Below, in pieces: positions 1 through 12,526 of a DNA stretch of 64,000 nucleotides. The translations under genes and the position numbers were made by a program. The DNA lies in assembly GCA_951406725.2 (NCBI GenBank), contig OX597840.1, positions 16,492,001 to 16,556,000 of the forward strand, in the 5' to 3' direction. Each line of letters starts with the position of its first letter. Positions within the stretch are counted from its first letter, which is position 1. The DNA comes from Octopus vulgaris. Lineage: Eukaryota. Under the pieces are notes generated by a model that worked only from the letters and a program-made list of their open reading frames with translations, was not told the origin of the DNA and did not search any database.

Positions 1-187
1 ACGTAGGATGTGTGCAATGCCTAGTAGTGCTATTTTCTGTATGTTATATATATTTGTTAGTCCTGGTGTTTTTGTTATGTATTTTTCTGAATATTTTTTT
101 ATCATACCTAATGAGCCCTTTATGACAGGAATTTCTCTTTTTAGACTCCACATTCGAGTTACCTCTATTTCCAGGCCTTTGTATTTT
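1..187 (-). mobile_element. C-terminal fragment of an RLE-type (R4/Dong-like) non-LTR retrotransposon ORF
   Basis: Minus strand translates KYKGLEIEVTRMWSLKREIPVIKGSLGMIKK...NIQKIALLGIAHILR, matching the KY..L..E..RMW...IPV..G.LG...QK..LLG...ILR tail of restriction-like-endonuclease LINEs. Abuts an (ATT)n tract at 191-205. Confidence 0.7.
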
Positions 188-217
188 AAAATTATTATTA
201 TTATTTTTTTTTTCTAG

Positions 218-337
218 CTAACACAGCTTGCTGTTCATTCCCATGCCAGAACAATGGGATATGTTCACCCACTGGGCGAAATGGTTATATTTGCAATTGC
301 CAGAACAGTGGTTACTATGGCACCAATTGTGAATACG
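218..337 (+). CDS. PTGS: Cyclooxygenase (PTGS/COX)-like gene, exon equivalent to PTGS2 exon 2 (EGF-like domain)
   Basis: T-rich tract + ctag acceptor (AG 216-217), donor gtaagt at 338. Translates (A)NTACCSFPCQNNGICSPTGRNGYICNCQNSGYYGTNCEY, like COX NPCCS.PCQNRG.C......Y.CDCTRTG.YG.NC. Phase 1-1, 120 nt. Confidence 0.93.
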
Positions 338-860
338 GTAAGTACACATGACTCGGACAAGAATTGACTCTGTATCCATTTCTATTGTTGATAAAAATAT
401 TGTCCATTGTGATCCACCAGGCCTTTATACCCAATCAAACATATTCTCTCTGTGACCATTCATCTTCTTGCATTTCAAGGACTGCAGTGTCCAATGAAAT
501 CTTTGTATTTTTTATTTAAGGACAGCAGAGTATGATTTGAGGGAGGTTTGACTACCATTTCTGGAAGGTCAAGTGACCTTGCAGTGGCTCTTCCATGATG
601 AGTGCTTGATAATGTCAGTAATATAGCCAAGTGGTTATAGTACCTGACTGCAGTTCAAAAGATCTTAGGTTCAAATCAACTGCAGACATCTTGGGGAGAA
701 TATTGCCTGAGTTCAACAAATTGTTCACTGGAACTGGAGCCAGATCTGATAAGGATTTTTACCAAAGATTGTGGTGCTTTATCTACAAGAACATTTGTCT
801 AATGAATTCTCAGGTATATATAAGTTCTGAGCTTATAAGGGCCTGTCAGAAAGGAACAAT

Positions 861-1245
861 GGCGGCGAGCTGGCAGAAATGCTTAGCGGTATTTCGTCTG
901 TCGTTACGTTGTGAGTTCAAATTCCGCCAAGGTTGACTTTGCCTTTCATCCTTTCAGGGTCAATAAATTAAGTACCAGTTATGCACTGGGGTCGATATAA
1001 TTGACTTAATACCTATGTCTTTCCTTGTTTGTCCCCTCTATGTTTAACCCCTTGTGGGTAATAAAGAAATAGGTATTTCGTCTGCCATTACGTTCTGAGT
1101 TCAAATTCCGCCGAGGTTGACTTTGCCTTTCATCCGTTCGGGGTCGATTAAATAAGTACCAGTTATGCACTGGGGTTGATATAATCGACTTGATCTATTT
1201 GTCTGTCCCCTCTATGTGTAGCCCCTTGTGGGAAATAAAGAAATA
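861..1245 (+). mobile_element. tRNA-derived SINE (family B, Meta-domain-like) with tandemly duplicated body
   Basis: Head GGCGGCGAGCTGGCAGAA...GAGTTCAAATTCC (B-box); core GCCTTTCATCC.TTC.GGGTC.ATAAA present twice; ~13-bp TSD agaaag(g/a)aacaat at 848-860 and 1246-1258. Other copies at 39478-39710, 45798-46027, 50140-50310. Confidence 0.8.
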
Positions 1246-1279
1246 AGAAAGAAACAATTGGAACTGTAACCAACAGTGA

Positions 1280-1637
1280 ACATTGGATATGTCTTATGTG
1301 TGATTGTGTTCTGTTGTCAAAAGCAGGAAATGTGAATTATATGAAGTCACATGAAAATCAAACTGCCCAGGTGGGTAATTATCTTGAACCCCACCCCCAG
1401 ATGCCTCTTATGACCTGTGTCATATATCACAAAACTTGTAAGACAATATCTGGGCTAAAAAGTCATATGCTAATTCACAAAAACATTCTTTCAGAATCAG
1501 ATTCCAAAGGGCAAAGATGTGAAAGAAACTTGAATAATATCTGTTGCTTGTGTTTTAAGCCCTGTCAGACAGCAGCTGGTCTTAAAAGTCATCAATGGAT
1601 TGTGAGGTGTGACAGGGTGTGTGTGGGGGGGTGTTGA
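1280..1637 (+). mobile_element. Degenerate ORF with three C2H2-like zinc fingers, probably a LINE (RTE-type) C-terminus
   Basis: CLMC...KAG.VNYMKSH, C.KTCKTISGLKSHMLIH and CCLCFKPCQTAAGLKSH motifs; long non-TGEKP linkers; degenerate. Confidence 0.45.
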
Positions 1638-2448
1638 TGGGACAGCTATCATCTGTCAAAAGGAAGCAATTATACACATACACACACACACATCAACCTA
1701 TGAATGGCATTGGTTGGTCTGGAGCTATGCAATGGAAACTGTAGAAGCCCATTGTACACGCACGCACACACATACACACACACATATATACATTATATGT
1801 GTGTGTGTTTGTGTTTGTCCCCCCCACCATTACTTGATAATTGGTGTTGGTTTGTTTATGTCCCTGTGATTTAGCAGTCTACCAAACAAGGCTGCTAGAA
1901 TAAGTACCAGACTCCATAAGGTGCAAGTCTCAGCAGGGTTTATTTGTTTTATTTGAATATCACCGGTTGTCCATGCATGTAAGCCTCTGGCTCCTTTTCA
2001 TGCCATTGATATTATCCAAGAGAAGAACAAAGGCTGATAGAGGTTAGCACTGGTGTCACCACAGGCTTTGCTGTGAATCAGAATACAAAGGGCCTGAATG
2101 GATCCTACAAGATATCCCATTATGTACGCCAACATTACCCCTAACTCACGACCCTGAACCCATTACTTTATATCTTCTGACCTAGGAAAGATGAAAAATG
2201 ACAGCTGACATTAGCAGGATTAGAACTGAGAATGTAGAGATTTGGGATAAATACTGTAAACCATTTGTCTGTCTGATGCTTTAATGATTCTGCGTAGCTG
2301 CCCCATTCCTTTTTAAAGGGTTCAGTCTCAAAGAAGGGACTTTGTGTTCATCTTGAACATTTGTAAGTCAATGCCTACAGGAAACTTATTTTGTGGGAAT
2401 GGAATTTTTGAGGGATAAAGTTCCAGTGAGTAAGGATTGGAAAAGGAA

Positions 2449-2674
2449 TTAACCCTTTCATTATTGTATTTCTGTTGAGATGCTCTGTTTCTTTCAATTA
2501 CTTTAAATATAACAAAGAATTTCGTAAAATAACTTAGATATCATGAAGCTAGTGTTAGGAACATAAATTGTGACTAAGGTTTGGTGGAAGATTTTAATTC
2601 AAATCTTATGAAAACAAGACATTTGTATTCAGAGCCAGAGCCAGTTTCAGCCGGGTTGGTAACGAAGGGGTTAA
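2449..2674. mobile_element. piggyBac-type MITE (TTAA TSD, CCCTTTC...GAAAGGG-type ends)
   Basis: ttaa-CCCTTTCATTA ... TAACGAAGGGG-ttaa. Same family at 54404-54634, 54652-55184 and 62781-63008. Confidence 0.8.
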
Positions 2675-3236
2675 GTGCAGGGATGATAAAAATGGCTCAT
2701 TATGACAATGTGGGTTCCAGCCTGTTCTTGAAAGTAGTCGAGCACTCCACAGACACATGTACCCTTAACATTGTTCTCAAGGAAATTGAATGTGAGATGG
2801 AATGCGACCAGGTTCACCCTTTTGAATTACAGGTACAACTTATTTTTGCCAGCTGAGTGAACTGGAGCAACATGAAATAAAGTGTCTTGCTCAAGGACAC
2901 AACATGCCAATGGAAGTTGAACTGATGAACTTCCAGTCATGAGACAAATACTCTAACCGCTGAGCCATGTACTTTCACTGATTACAGGTGAGAAGTAAGT
3001 ATGGTGGTGAAAAGCAATGCAACAAGTGTGTTTGGTAGGGTTTAGTTCCCAAAGAGTTAATTCTGTGGAGCTGATGGCACTAAAGTGCAGAAAAGTAGAT
3101 AGAATGAAGCAGCTGTGTGTCAGTGAATCAGAAGGGGAAGTATGTTGGTGAGAGCCCTTCTTTACTCAGCCCTGCCTTATTTTTACAAAATATTATTCTC
3201 TGATAAATGTTTTTAACTTTGTTTTAAAACCAAAAT

Positions 3237-3450
3237 AGTGTGAGATATAAGAAATAATGCAAGTTGATGGCTTGTACTTCCACCTTGTATTTCAATATTT
3301 TGGGTTTAGGACACTGTTTAAGACACCTTTTTCAGAACAGAGAAATTAGCTTACAACGTCATATCTCTAAAGATTTCCTGAAGAAGGTGTTCTAACCTTG
3401 AATTATTGAAATACAAACCACCAATTTGTATCATTTCTTATAAACTCACT
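3237..3450. repeat. Degenerate inverted repeat (foldback/MITE-like)
   Basis: Left TATAAGAAATAATGCAAGTTGATGG...TTGTATTTCAATA...ACACCTTTTTCAG is the imperfect reverse complement of CTGAAGAAGGTGT...TATTGAAATACAA...CATTTCTTATA. Confidence 0.6.
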
Positions 3451-3773
3451 TTTATATCCTTGTATTGGATATATATATATATATATATAATATAATGAAG
3501 CAATGGGGCAAAAGTATATACATAACGCACTACTATTATTATTACAGAAGACTCAATGCTCTATATCAAAGGCTCACGGTGAACTGCTACCAACACAAAC
3601 TGCTGACAATGCAACAGTTCACTTTTAGTCACATGGAGGTGGTCAGAATCCTTCCACAACACTCACATTGTTTGTGCTTCTAACAAAAAATTAAAAGACT
3701 TATTTATATCAGACAAAATTTCATACAAACTTATTCTCCGAGTTTTCTTTCTTTCTTTCTTCTTTTTTTTTAG

Positions 3774-3914
3774 CAACTTGGAAGCATTGGTTCCTTAGCT
3801 TCTTCCAATTGTTACCAGAAGACATTCACTCACTTCTTGTGGGCATTCCAGGATTTGGATGTTTACTAAATATGTTACCCTGTCGGAGCCTCATATCAAA
3901 ATTTCTGATGCAAT
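3774..3914 (+). CDS. PTGS: COX-like gene, exon equivalent to PTGS2 exon 3 (membrane-binding helices)
   Basis: Long pyrimidine tract + tag acceptor, gtaaga donor at 3915. Translates ATWKHWFLSFFQLLPEDIHSLLVGIPGFGCLLNMLPCRSLISKFLMQ (amphipathic, aligns to the COX membrane-binding domain). 141 nt, phase 1-1. Confidence 0.85.
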
Positions 3915-4460
3915 GTAAGATAAATTTGCTACCTTCTTCATTGCCATTCATTTTCTATGTTTAAAAGAGCAGAAAAAAAATTATTTATCTATCCATCAAT
4001 GCATCTATCCATTTATCCACAGGCGTGGCTGTGTAGTAAGGAGTTTGCTTCGCAACTGTAAGGTTCTGCGTTCAGCCCCACTGCATCTGTGTCGTCTAGT
4101 ATAGTGCCAGGTTGACCAGAGTTTTGTGTGTGATTTGGTAGATGGAAATTGAAAGAAGCCCATACATGTATATGTGTGTGTATGTGTGTGTTATTGTATA
4201 AGAAAATAAATCAGTTAATTGATATATATGTGTAATTATATGTGTGTGTGTGTGTGTGTATAAAAACACCATCCAAATGTGGCTGATGCCAGTGCTGCCT
4301 GACTGGCTCCCATACTGGTGGTGCGTAAAAAGCATCCACTACACTCTTGGAACGGTTGGTGTTAGGAAGGGCATCCAGCTGTAGAAACATTGCTAGATCA
4401 GATTCAAAGTTGGAATTTCTTTGAGCAATATATTCTTCTATACACAATCATACACACCCA

Positions 4461-4524
<64 letters not shown>

Positions 4525-4665
4525 TCACTTTTACCATTTTTGAAATCAGTATATGAGTTCAACAGTTTCTTATAAGCTGACAAGGTGTGTTGAGTTTAAC
4601 CTTAGGCACAGAAACAGCCACCCATGGGAATTAAGATGCTCTGCAATATATATATCTAATATAGG

Positions 4666-5197
4666 ATAAAATTTTTCGAAAATATTTTATCAATGGCCAG
4701 CATATTAAAAAATACCTTTAAAGGTTAAATTTATAAGCAACTTATAAATAAGGGAAAAAAAAAAATTCTAATGCCAAATATGCCGAAACTAGACACATCG
4801 TCCATAACCATATAATTCATCACTACAAGCACACGTCTCGAAGAAAGCCAACAGAAATTTCTAAAAAATTCTGTTATTACTATATTGGACCCGATTTCAG
4901 AGTTAATTCAAAAGAACCTTCTCTTCGTCAGTGATAAATGCAGCAAAGAAATAAATGAAGAAGCAAACACTAAATCATGAGCCAATTAAGTACCCCAAAT
5001 ATATCCAAAATAGAAATTCTCCAGCCCATTCGAGACACATGCGATTCGAACTGAAAACTCTCATAGAGTGAGAGAGTCCAGAAGTGAACACTATTAAATT
5101 TATATTTAATGTAGTATAAAATTTTTCGAAAAAAATCTTATCAATGGTCAGCATATTAAAAAATACCTTTAAAGGTTAAATTTATAAACAACTTATA
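4666..5197. repeat. ~80-bp direct repeats flanking ~370 bp, probable Penelope-like pseudo-LTR remnant
   Basis: ATAAAATTTTTCGAAAA...CAGCATATTAAAAAATACCTTTAAAGGTTAAATTTATAA.CAACTTATA at 4666-4746 and 5116-5197. A minus-strand CTGACGA...GAAA hammerhead-like core lies between them at about 4888-4935. Confidence 0.6.
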
Positions 5198-5270
5198 TAT
5201 ATATACTAGTTAAGTTAAGTTAAAAAAAGCAAAAAGCAAAGCCATGTAGTGGAGACAGTTATGTTTTATA

Positions 5271-8200
5271 TCATCATCATCATCATCGTTTAATGTCCGC
5301 TTTCCATGCTAGCATGGGTTGGACGGTTCAACTGGGGTCTGGGAAGCCAGGAGGCTGCACCAGGCTCTAGTCTGATCTGGCAGTGTTTCTACAGCTGGAT
5401 GCCCTTCCTAACGCCAACCACTCCATGAGTGTAGTGGATGCTTTTTACGTGCCACCGGTACAGGTGCCAGTCAAGGCTGGCAAACGGCCATGATCGGATG
5501 GTGCTTTTTACGTGCCACCGGCACCGAGAGCAGACGAAGCTGGCAACGGCCACGAATCAGATGGTGCTTTTTACGTGCCACCGGCACGGAGACCAGGCAA
5601 AGCTGGCAACGGCCACGAATCGGATGGTGCTTTTTACGTGCCACCGGCACGGAGGCCAGTCACGGCGGTGCTGGCTACAGCCACGTTCGGATGGTTCTCT
5701 TACGTGCCACCGGCACTGGTATCACAGCTACAAATTCCATTGATGTTGATCGAATACGATTTTGATTTTCACTTGCCTCAACAGGTCTTCACAAGTGGAG
5801 CTTTGTGTCCCAAGAAGGAAAGGAATGCATAAGTGGCCTAGCTACATCCCAGGTAGAGGCCACGGGATTATGGCCTCACTTGTCCTGCCGGGTCTTCTCA
5901 TGCACAGCATACTTCCAAAGGTCTCGGTCTCTAGTCATTTCCTCGGTGTGACCTAAAGTTCAAAGGTCGTGCTTCACCACCTCTTCCCAGGTTTTCCTGG
6001 GTCTACCTCTTCCGGAGGTTCCCTCAACCGCTAGGGTGTGGCACTTTTTCATACAACTATCTTCATCCATTCTCGCCACATGACCATACCAGCGCAAATG
6101 TCTCTCTTGCACATCACAACTGATGCTTCTTAGGTCCAACTTTTCTCTCAAAGTTCTTACACTCTGTCGAGTATGAACACTGAAATTACACATCCATCGG
6201 AGCATACTGGCTTCATTTCTTGTGAGCTTACGCATATCCTCAGCAGTCACGGCCCATGTTTCACTGCCATGTAGCATAGCTGTTCGTACACATGCGTCAT
6301 ACAATCTGCTTTTTACTCTGAGCGAGAGGCCTTTTGTCACCAGCAGAGATAAGAGCTCTCTGAACTTTGCCCAAGCTATTCTTACTCTAGCAGTTACACT
6401 TTCAGTACCCCCACCCCCACTACTGACTTGGTCACCTAGGTAATGGAAGCTATCAACTATTTCTAGTTTTTCTCCCTGGAATGTGGCGAAAGATGGTCTC
6501 TGCGTATTTTCAGTGTTTATTGCTCCTGAGCATCTGCCACATACAAAAACTATCTTCCTAGTTAGCCTTCCTTTGACATTGCTGCACCTCTTATGTGTCC
6601 ATAGCTTACACTTGGTGCATCTTATAGAGTTTCTACCTATGCCTTTTCTACAGATCGAGCAGGGCCATCTACCTGAAGGTGTTTGTGATTTATTTACCTT
6701 CCTACTTATTAGAACTTTGGTTTTAGCTAGGTTGACTCTAAGGCCCTTCGATTCTTATTCCTGCTTCCACACCTGAAACCTCTCCTCCAGTTCTGATAGT
6801 GACTTAGCAATTAGGGCAAGGTCATCAGCATAGAGGAGCTCCCAGGTGCATCCTGTCTTGAATTCCTCTGTTATTGCTTGGAGAACTATGATAAATAGGA
6901 GGGGGCTGAGGACTGAATCTTGGTGGACCCCAACCTCTACCTGGAATTCTTCACTGTACTCGTTGCCAACCCTCACCTTACTAACAGTGTCCCTGTACAT
7001 GGCTCGTACAGCTCTCATTAACCATTCATCTATCCCTAGTTTCCTCATTGACCACCAGATAAGGGATCGGGGGACCCTGTCAAAGGCTTTCTCCATGTCA
7101 ACGAAAGCCAGGTACAGAGGTTTATCTTTGGCTTGGTATTTCTCCTGCAGCTATCTCACCAGAAATATGGCATTAGTGGTGCTTTTCCCTGGCACGAAAC
7201 CAAGTTGACTCTCTCCCTAATCAGTTGGGCTATGACCCTCTCCGTAACCTTCATTACCTGATCCAACAGCTTGATACCTCTGTAATTATTTGTATCTAGG
7301 GCGTCACCTTTACCTTTGTAGCAGTTGACTATTATGCTGCTACACCAGTCATTGGGTATGACTCCTTCGTGTATCACCTGTTTAACTATACGGGTGACTA
7401 GGCCATAGCCGACACTGCCAGATATTTTGAGCATCTCTGCAGTAATTCCTGATGGGCCTGGGGCTTTCCCTGTCTTCATGCTTCTAATTGCCTTAACTAC
7501 CAAAGAACTGTCAACTTGGATAGCTGGTCCCTCTGTTGGGTCGATATTCAGCAGACTCTCTTTATCCCATTCATTTTCTTTATTCAGCAATCTTTCATAG
7601 TGGCATCTCCAAACCTCTCTCTTTGCATCCTCATTTAGCGCAAGTGAACCATCATCCCTGCAAACACATTTCTCTCCTACCACATCATGATTCTCTCTCA
7701 CACACTGTCTTGCAACAGGAAATACCTCCAGTCTTTGGTCCTCACGGTGCAGAACATTAGCAAATTTTTTTTTATCTGCTTCCCCTCTGGCTAAATAAAC
7801 CTGTCTCCTAGCTTCCCTTCTGGCAGTCTGATACAATTCCCTGCTACCTCCGTTCTTCCAGTCCCTCCAAGCCTATTTCTTTTGTCTAATAGCCCTGTCA
7901 ACCACATTGTTCCACCACCATGTTACCTTGGGTTGAGATGGGACTTTGCTCCATCCACAGATCTGGTCGGTGGCTGTCAGCAGATTGTCCCGTAGAAATC
8001 TCCAGTTGTCTTCCACATTAAGTGAAGCTATATCCCCTTCTATTTCGCCAAAGGCATCGAGTAGTATGTCTCTAAATCTCTGTCCATTTGCAGGATCTTT
8101 AAGCTTCCAGACCCTTCTCCTCCAAGCTGGTCTTCTTCTGGGCAGCCATTTAGCCCTGATCCTGAAGTTGCTAACTACTAATCTATGTTGAGGAGTACAT

Positions 8201-9836
8201 TCTTCGCCTGGGAAGGTTTTGGCATTTATAAGCAGCCCTCTTTCCCTCTTTCTGGCGAGGATGTAGTCAATCTGGCTAGTGTGTCTGCCAGAACGGTAGG
8301 TGACTAGGTGAGAGGTGGGTTTCCTGAAGTTGGTATTGCAAACCATAAGGTCATTTGCATAGCAGAACTCCAGCAGCCTGGTTCCCTCCTCATTGCGAGA
8401 ACCAAAACCGTAGCCTCTATATACGCCATGGAAGCCCCCGACATGCAGTCCAACATGTCCATTGAAGTCACCTGCCACAAAGAGAAGGTCCCTGTCATTT
8501 GTCAATGAGGTAGTCTGCAATAGGGTGTCGCAGAATCGGTCTTTCTGTCCTTCGGGTAGCCCCGGTTTAGGGGCATATGCCGAGATGATGGTAGCTGAAC
8601 TATGGTGAAGCACTAATCTAATCTTAAGTACTCTGTCACTTACTCTGACTACCTCAATTACCTTATCTACCCATTTCTCCACAAGAAGTATACCCACGCC
8701 CCCGACCCCTGTCAGTGTTCCCTGCCCAGAAAATCTTGTACCTGTGTTCCTTGCCTGTGAGGAACCTAGCGGAACCTCCTCTCCACCTTACTTCTTGGAT
8801 GCAGCACAAATCCACACGTCTCCTTTCAAGCAGCTCAACAATCTCACCAGACCTACCTTTCAATGTGCCAACATTGAGTGTGCCAACTCTGAGGGTGTGG
8901 GAGGTGTGGGCCTCTGAGACCCTGGGATGAGGGATAGCAGTGTCATGTACCTGAAAAGAAAGCTTGCATTTGGCAGATTTCATACGGAAATACTAGACTA
9001 CAACCTACATACACTACACAGTTTTTGCGCTATATGATCACATAAACCTTACGTAGGCGCGTGGGTGGGATAGACAAGTAAGACAGAGGTAGAAACTTCC
9101 AGTATTGGTGGAGGGGGTGGGTGGGCGGGCGTGCCGCGAAAGAGGAATGAGGTTGAAAGTCAAAATTGCTTAGCTGCTCATTTTCTGAAATCCGTGTTTT
9201 ATCAGCAGGGTAGATGAAAATCGAGTAGAGGAAAGAAGCAGAGCTTACACTAGTTTATATAGAGTTAGGGATTAGCGGGGGTGGGGTGGAGTTGGTGTAT
9301 TAGGTGGTAAATCGAAGAGGGAGAGAGAGAGAGAGGGACAAACACGAGAGAGAAGAGTATTCGTAGGGAATTCTCTGCAACAAAAATTACTGAAACAGCA
9401 AATGCTGAAATCGTGAGATGGAGTTGAAAGTTGAAAACTTTGGGATTTGAGGAAAACATAATTTAAATAAATGAAAACCGCAGTGGTAAGTCGAAAGAGA
9501 GAGAGTGAGTCAGAGAGGGGGGGGGTCAGGTGTTAAGTAAGTAATAAATACGACACGAGGAAGAAAGAATATTTTTTGTTGGAAATTTGGGAGAATTAAA
9601 CAAGTCCTGGAATAACGAAAGGATAACCTTGAAATAAAAGAGGAATAGAAAAATGCATGATCTTAAGACAGACAGGAAGCTATCAGTGCTATGTTTACAA
9701 GATAGAGAAATAGATAATAGAGAACGAAAGGGAAGGGGTTAGGGTTACGAATCTACGCTTAAACAGGAATGGACCAGGTTGAAAGTCAAAATTTCTAAGA
9801 TGCTTATTTTCTGAAATCCATGTTTTATCAGCAGAG
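5271..9836 (-). mobile_element. RTE-clade LINE, near full length but decayed (APE + RT, 3' UTR, (GAT)n tail)
   Basis: Minus ORFs 8663-8983 (GTLNVGTL..CIQE), 7873-8697 (AGDFNGH, QIDYIL, QHRLV), 7156-7836 (KAPGPSGI, NYRGIKLL), 6755-7096 (EKAFDRV, LYADDL), 5960-6340 (GSETW, RGRPRKTW), broken by stops and frameshifts. 3' UTR with ~59-bp tandem units at 5438-5720; tail (CAT)n on + at 5271-5287. Confidence 0.92.
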
Positions 9837-9883
9837 TATATAATTATATATATGTGAGTGTGTGTGTATATATGTATATATAT

Positions 9884-10120
9884 ATCATCATCATCATCAT
9901 CGTTTAACGTTCGCTTTCCATGCTAGCATGGGTTGGACGGTTCAACTGGGGTCTGGCAAGCCCGAAGGCTGCACCAGGTCAGTCAGATCTGGCAGTGTTT
10001 CTACAGCTGGATGCCCTTCCTAACGCCAACCACTCCGAGAGTGTAGTGGGTGATTTTATGTGCCACCGACACAGGTGCCAGATGAGGCTGGCAGACGGCC
10101 ACGCTCGGATGGTGTTTTTT
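9884..10120 (-). mobile_element. 5'-truncated copy of the RTE 3' UTR/tail
   Basis: (CAT)n-CGTTTAACG..CGCTTTCCATGCTAGCATGGGTTGGACGG, same as 5271-5500. Confidence 0.8.
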
Positions 10121-10317
10121 ATGTTTTTTATGTTTTTATGTTTTTTATGTTTTTATGTGATGGGTAAATTGTTGCCATTTTATATTTTCAATTTCGCACA
10201 TGCATATTGTTTGTTTTTGATTTTGTTGACTACACAGTATAGTAGGGTCAGCTGGGCACCATCTGTAAAAAAACAGCACCATGACACAATTTACTGTGCC
10301 AAAAATTTGGAAATGAC

Positions 10318-11017
10318 TGCTTGGCATTCGTGCTGGAAGCTCCAATACAAACATTCAGATTGTTGGGTGTCAATCTATGTCCCCAAAACATGTGTCAAGA
10401 ATGGTAAAGATCAAACATCCAGTCAACATAATGGCATTTGGAGTGATCGCTAGTGATGGTAACATTATGCCTCCCTTCATCTTCCCACACAGCCTCAGAC
10501 TCAACATGGAGGCCTACATCAAGTGCCTGGAGGAGATAGTGCTGCCCTGGGTCAAGAGGGTGGTTGCTGGAAGACCCTATGTCTGGCAACTGGACTCTGC
10601 ACCATGCCACACAAGCAGTAGAATCCAGTCATGGCTTTCAGACAATTTCTGTGACCACACCACCCCTAACATCTGGCCACTTAAATCCCCAGACTGCAAC
10701 CCCCTTGATTATTATGTGTGTGGCCCAGTTGGACGAGAGACCAAAAAAACTCGTAACACCAACGGTGAACAGAAGATACAGATTATGGTAGCATTCCCCA
10801 ACTTAAACAAAGAGACTGTCCAGAAGAGTTGCAGGAGATTACAAAGTTGTTTGGAGGCCATGGTTGAAGCCAATGGCGATTTTATTGAATAAATTTACTC
10901 TTCAGAATTTCAAGATCATTTTATGTCATTTTGGTAAATATATTTGTTAAAAGGAGATGTCAATGTCATTTTCATTTTTCCATAATTTAGTTGACAATTT
11001 ATTCACCGCACCCCGTA
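10318..11017 (+). mobile_element. mariner-like (maT/DD37D-type) transposase 3' fragment with right end
   Basis: ORF 10377-10892: KHPVNIMAFG..WQLDSAPCH..WPLKSPDCNPLDYYV. Ends TTATTCACCGCACCCCG-TA. A related end lies on the minus strand at about 49625-49790. Confidence 0.8.
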
Positions 11018-11114
11018 TATGTAATCATGTGTGTGTGTGTGTATGATCATATGTATGTGTGAGAGAGAGTGAGTGAGTGAGTGAATGTGTGTTCTCATGT
11101 ATATGTAAGTGGCA

Positions 11115-11148
<34 letters not shown>

Positions 11149-11689
11149 CACACATGTACATCCATTTCATATACATGCTCATACATTTTTCACTTTCTCC
11201 TCTCTCACTTTAAAAAAAAAGTAACAGGTGATTTTCAGGATAAAAATTGTTTAAAAAAAGCATCTACTTATGTAAAATTCACACACAAAAGTTTTCAGAA
11301 TTGCAAATATGGCCAGCAGGTAAAGGTTTTCAATTTAGTTGCATTTAGCATAATTTCACTTACTTATGATTAGATTTGATTAAATTTTCATTAGATTTAA
11401 GCTCTTATTTTTCTGTAAATCCTATTCTGACATTAAATGAGTCAACTTCTGGTTGTAACTCTCTAAGGGGAAAAAAATAAAAAAACAAAAAAAAAAAAAC
11501 CGCAGACTTTTTGATGTACACTCACACTGACAAAGAGAAATATCTTTTTTGTGGAGATTGCTTATAGTTTCATCATTTCAGATTTTATTCTATTTCATTT
11601 ATTTGACATTTGCAATCTCTTTGTTGTTTTCATTTAATTTTCTTAATACAACATTACAAAAATAAGCACTAATCAATTATACCATGTGG

Positions 11690-12475
11690 CAAGAGATGGG
11701 GGTCATTGTGGTCAAAAGATGCCAAAAGGTTCTGGGAAGAAGCAAGGGTAAGGAGACAACAAGAAACAACTGAGATAATGGCAGAACGATGGCAGGATAA
11801 CAGAGTCACGCAACAAAGAAGAAGGCAAGGAGAGACTGAGGAAGATAGGAATGCACGTCTCCAGGATGTGAGACAAAGAACAAATAGCAGAAGACTTGCA
11901 GAAATGTCTGAGATGAGGGCTGCATGACTCTTAAACAACAGGGTGAGGAAAGAAAGAAGGACAGAGCGAGCAAGGGAAGGAAATGGATGCACTCTTTCTG
12001 CTGATGTAGGTGTGATGAATAAAATATGTTCTTACTGTCATGCATTCTTATTCCATGGTGAAACTGCAAATTTCTGCTGCAGGAAGGGAAAAGTTTATAT
12101 TGGCAGTTCACAACCTCTATCGAATGAACTTGTCCACAGTGACGACGATCTTTGCAAAAGAATTCAGGAAGAACATCAGACACTACAACTGCCTCTTCCA
12201 AATGACATCATTCGATGGGAAAGAAGTTATTCCTAAAAGAAACATATGGAATCCCTCCGTTGTCATTCATGGCCAAATCCATCACTATATCAGACAGTTA
12301 CTCACAATTTTCTTCAGACATTAAATGTATTACTATTGTTTGGATAGTTCCAATTAAATAACTCCAGAAGTTAGGTTAAATACATATTCATGCATAAGTA
12401 CCATGAATTTTGATTCTGCAAACTGGCAAACAATTCCGTGAATACTTTACCAGGCAACGCTGAGTAGTAAGTCTA
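11690..12475 (+). mobile_element. Helitron Rep/helicase N-terminal fragment (degenerate)
   Basis: Arg/Glu-rich repeats (ETEEDRNARL), MNKICSYCHAFLFHGETANFCCRKGKV zinc motif and FRKNIRHYNCLFQMTSF...IHGQIHH typical of Helitron ORFs. Degenerate 3' hairpin (CCAGGCAACGCTGAG...CTA) near 12450. Confidence 0.75.
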
Positions 12476-12490
12476 TATATATATATATAG

Positions 12491-12526
<36 letters not shown>

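Noticed and set aside
4888-4935. Minus-strand hammerhead core CTGACGA...GAAA as a functional ribozyme
   Set aside because: No convincing stem I pairing; kept only as supporting evidence for a Penelope relic.
5438-5832. Repetitive ORFs (FTCHRH / FYVPPA units), also at 14015-14548 and 51259-51525
   Set aside because: Open in several frames on both strands; non-coding tandem units of the RTE 3' UTR.
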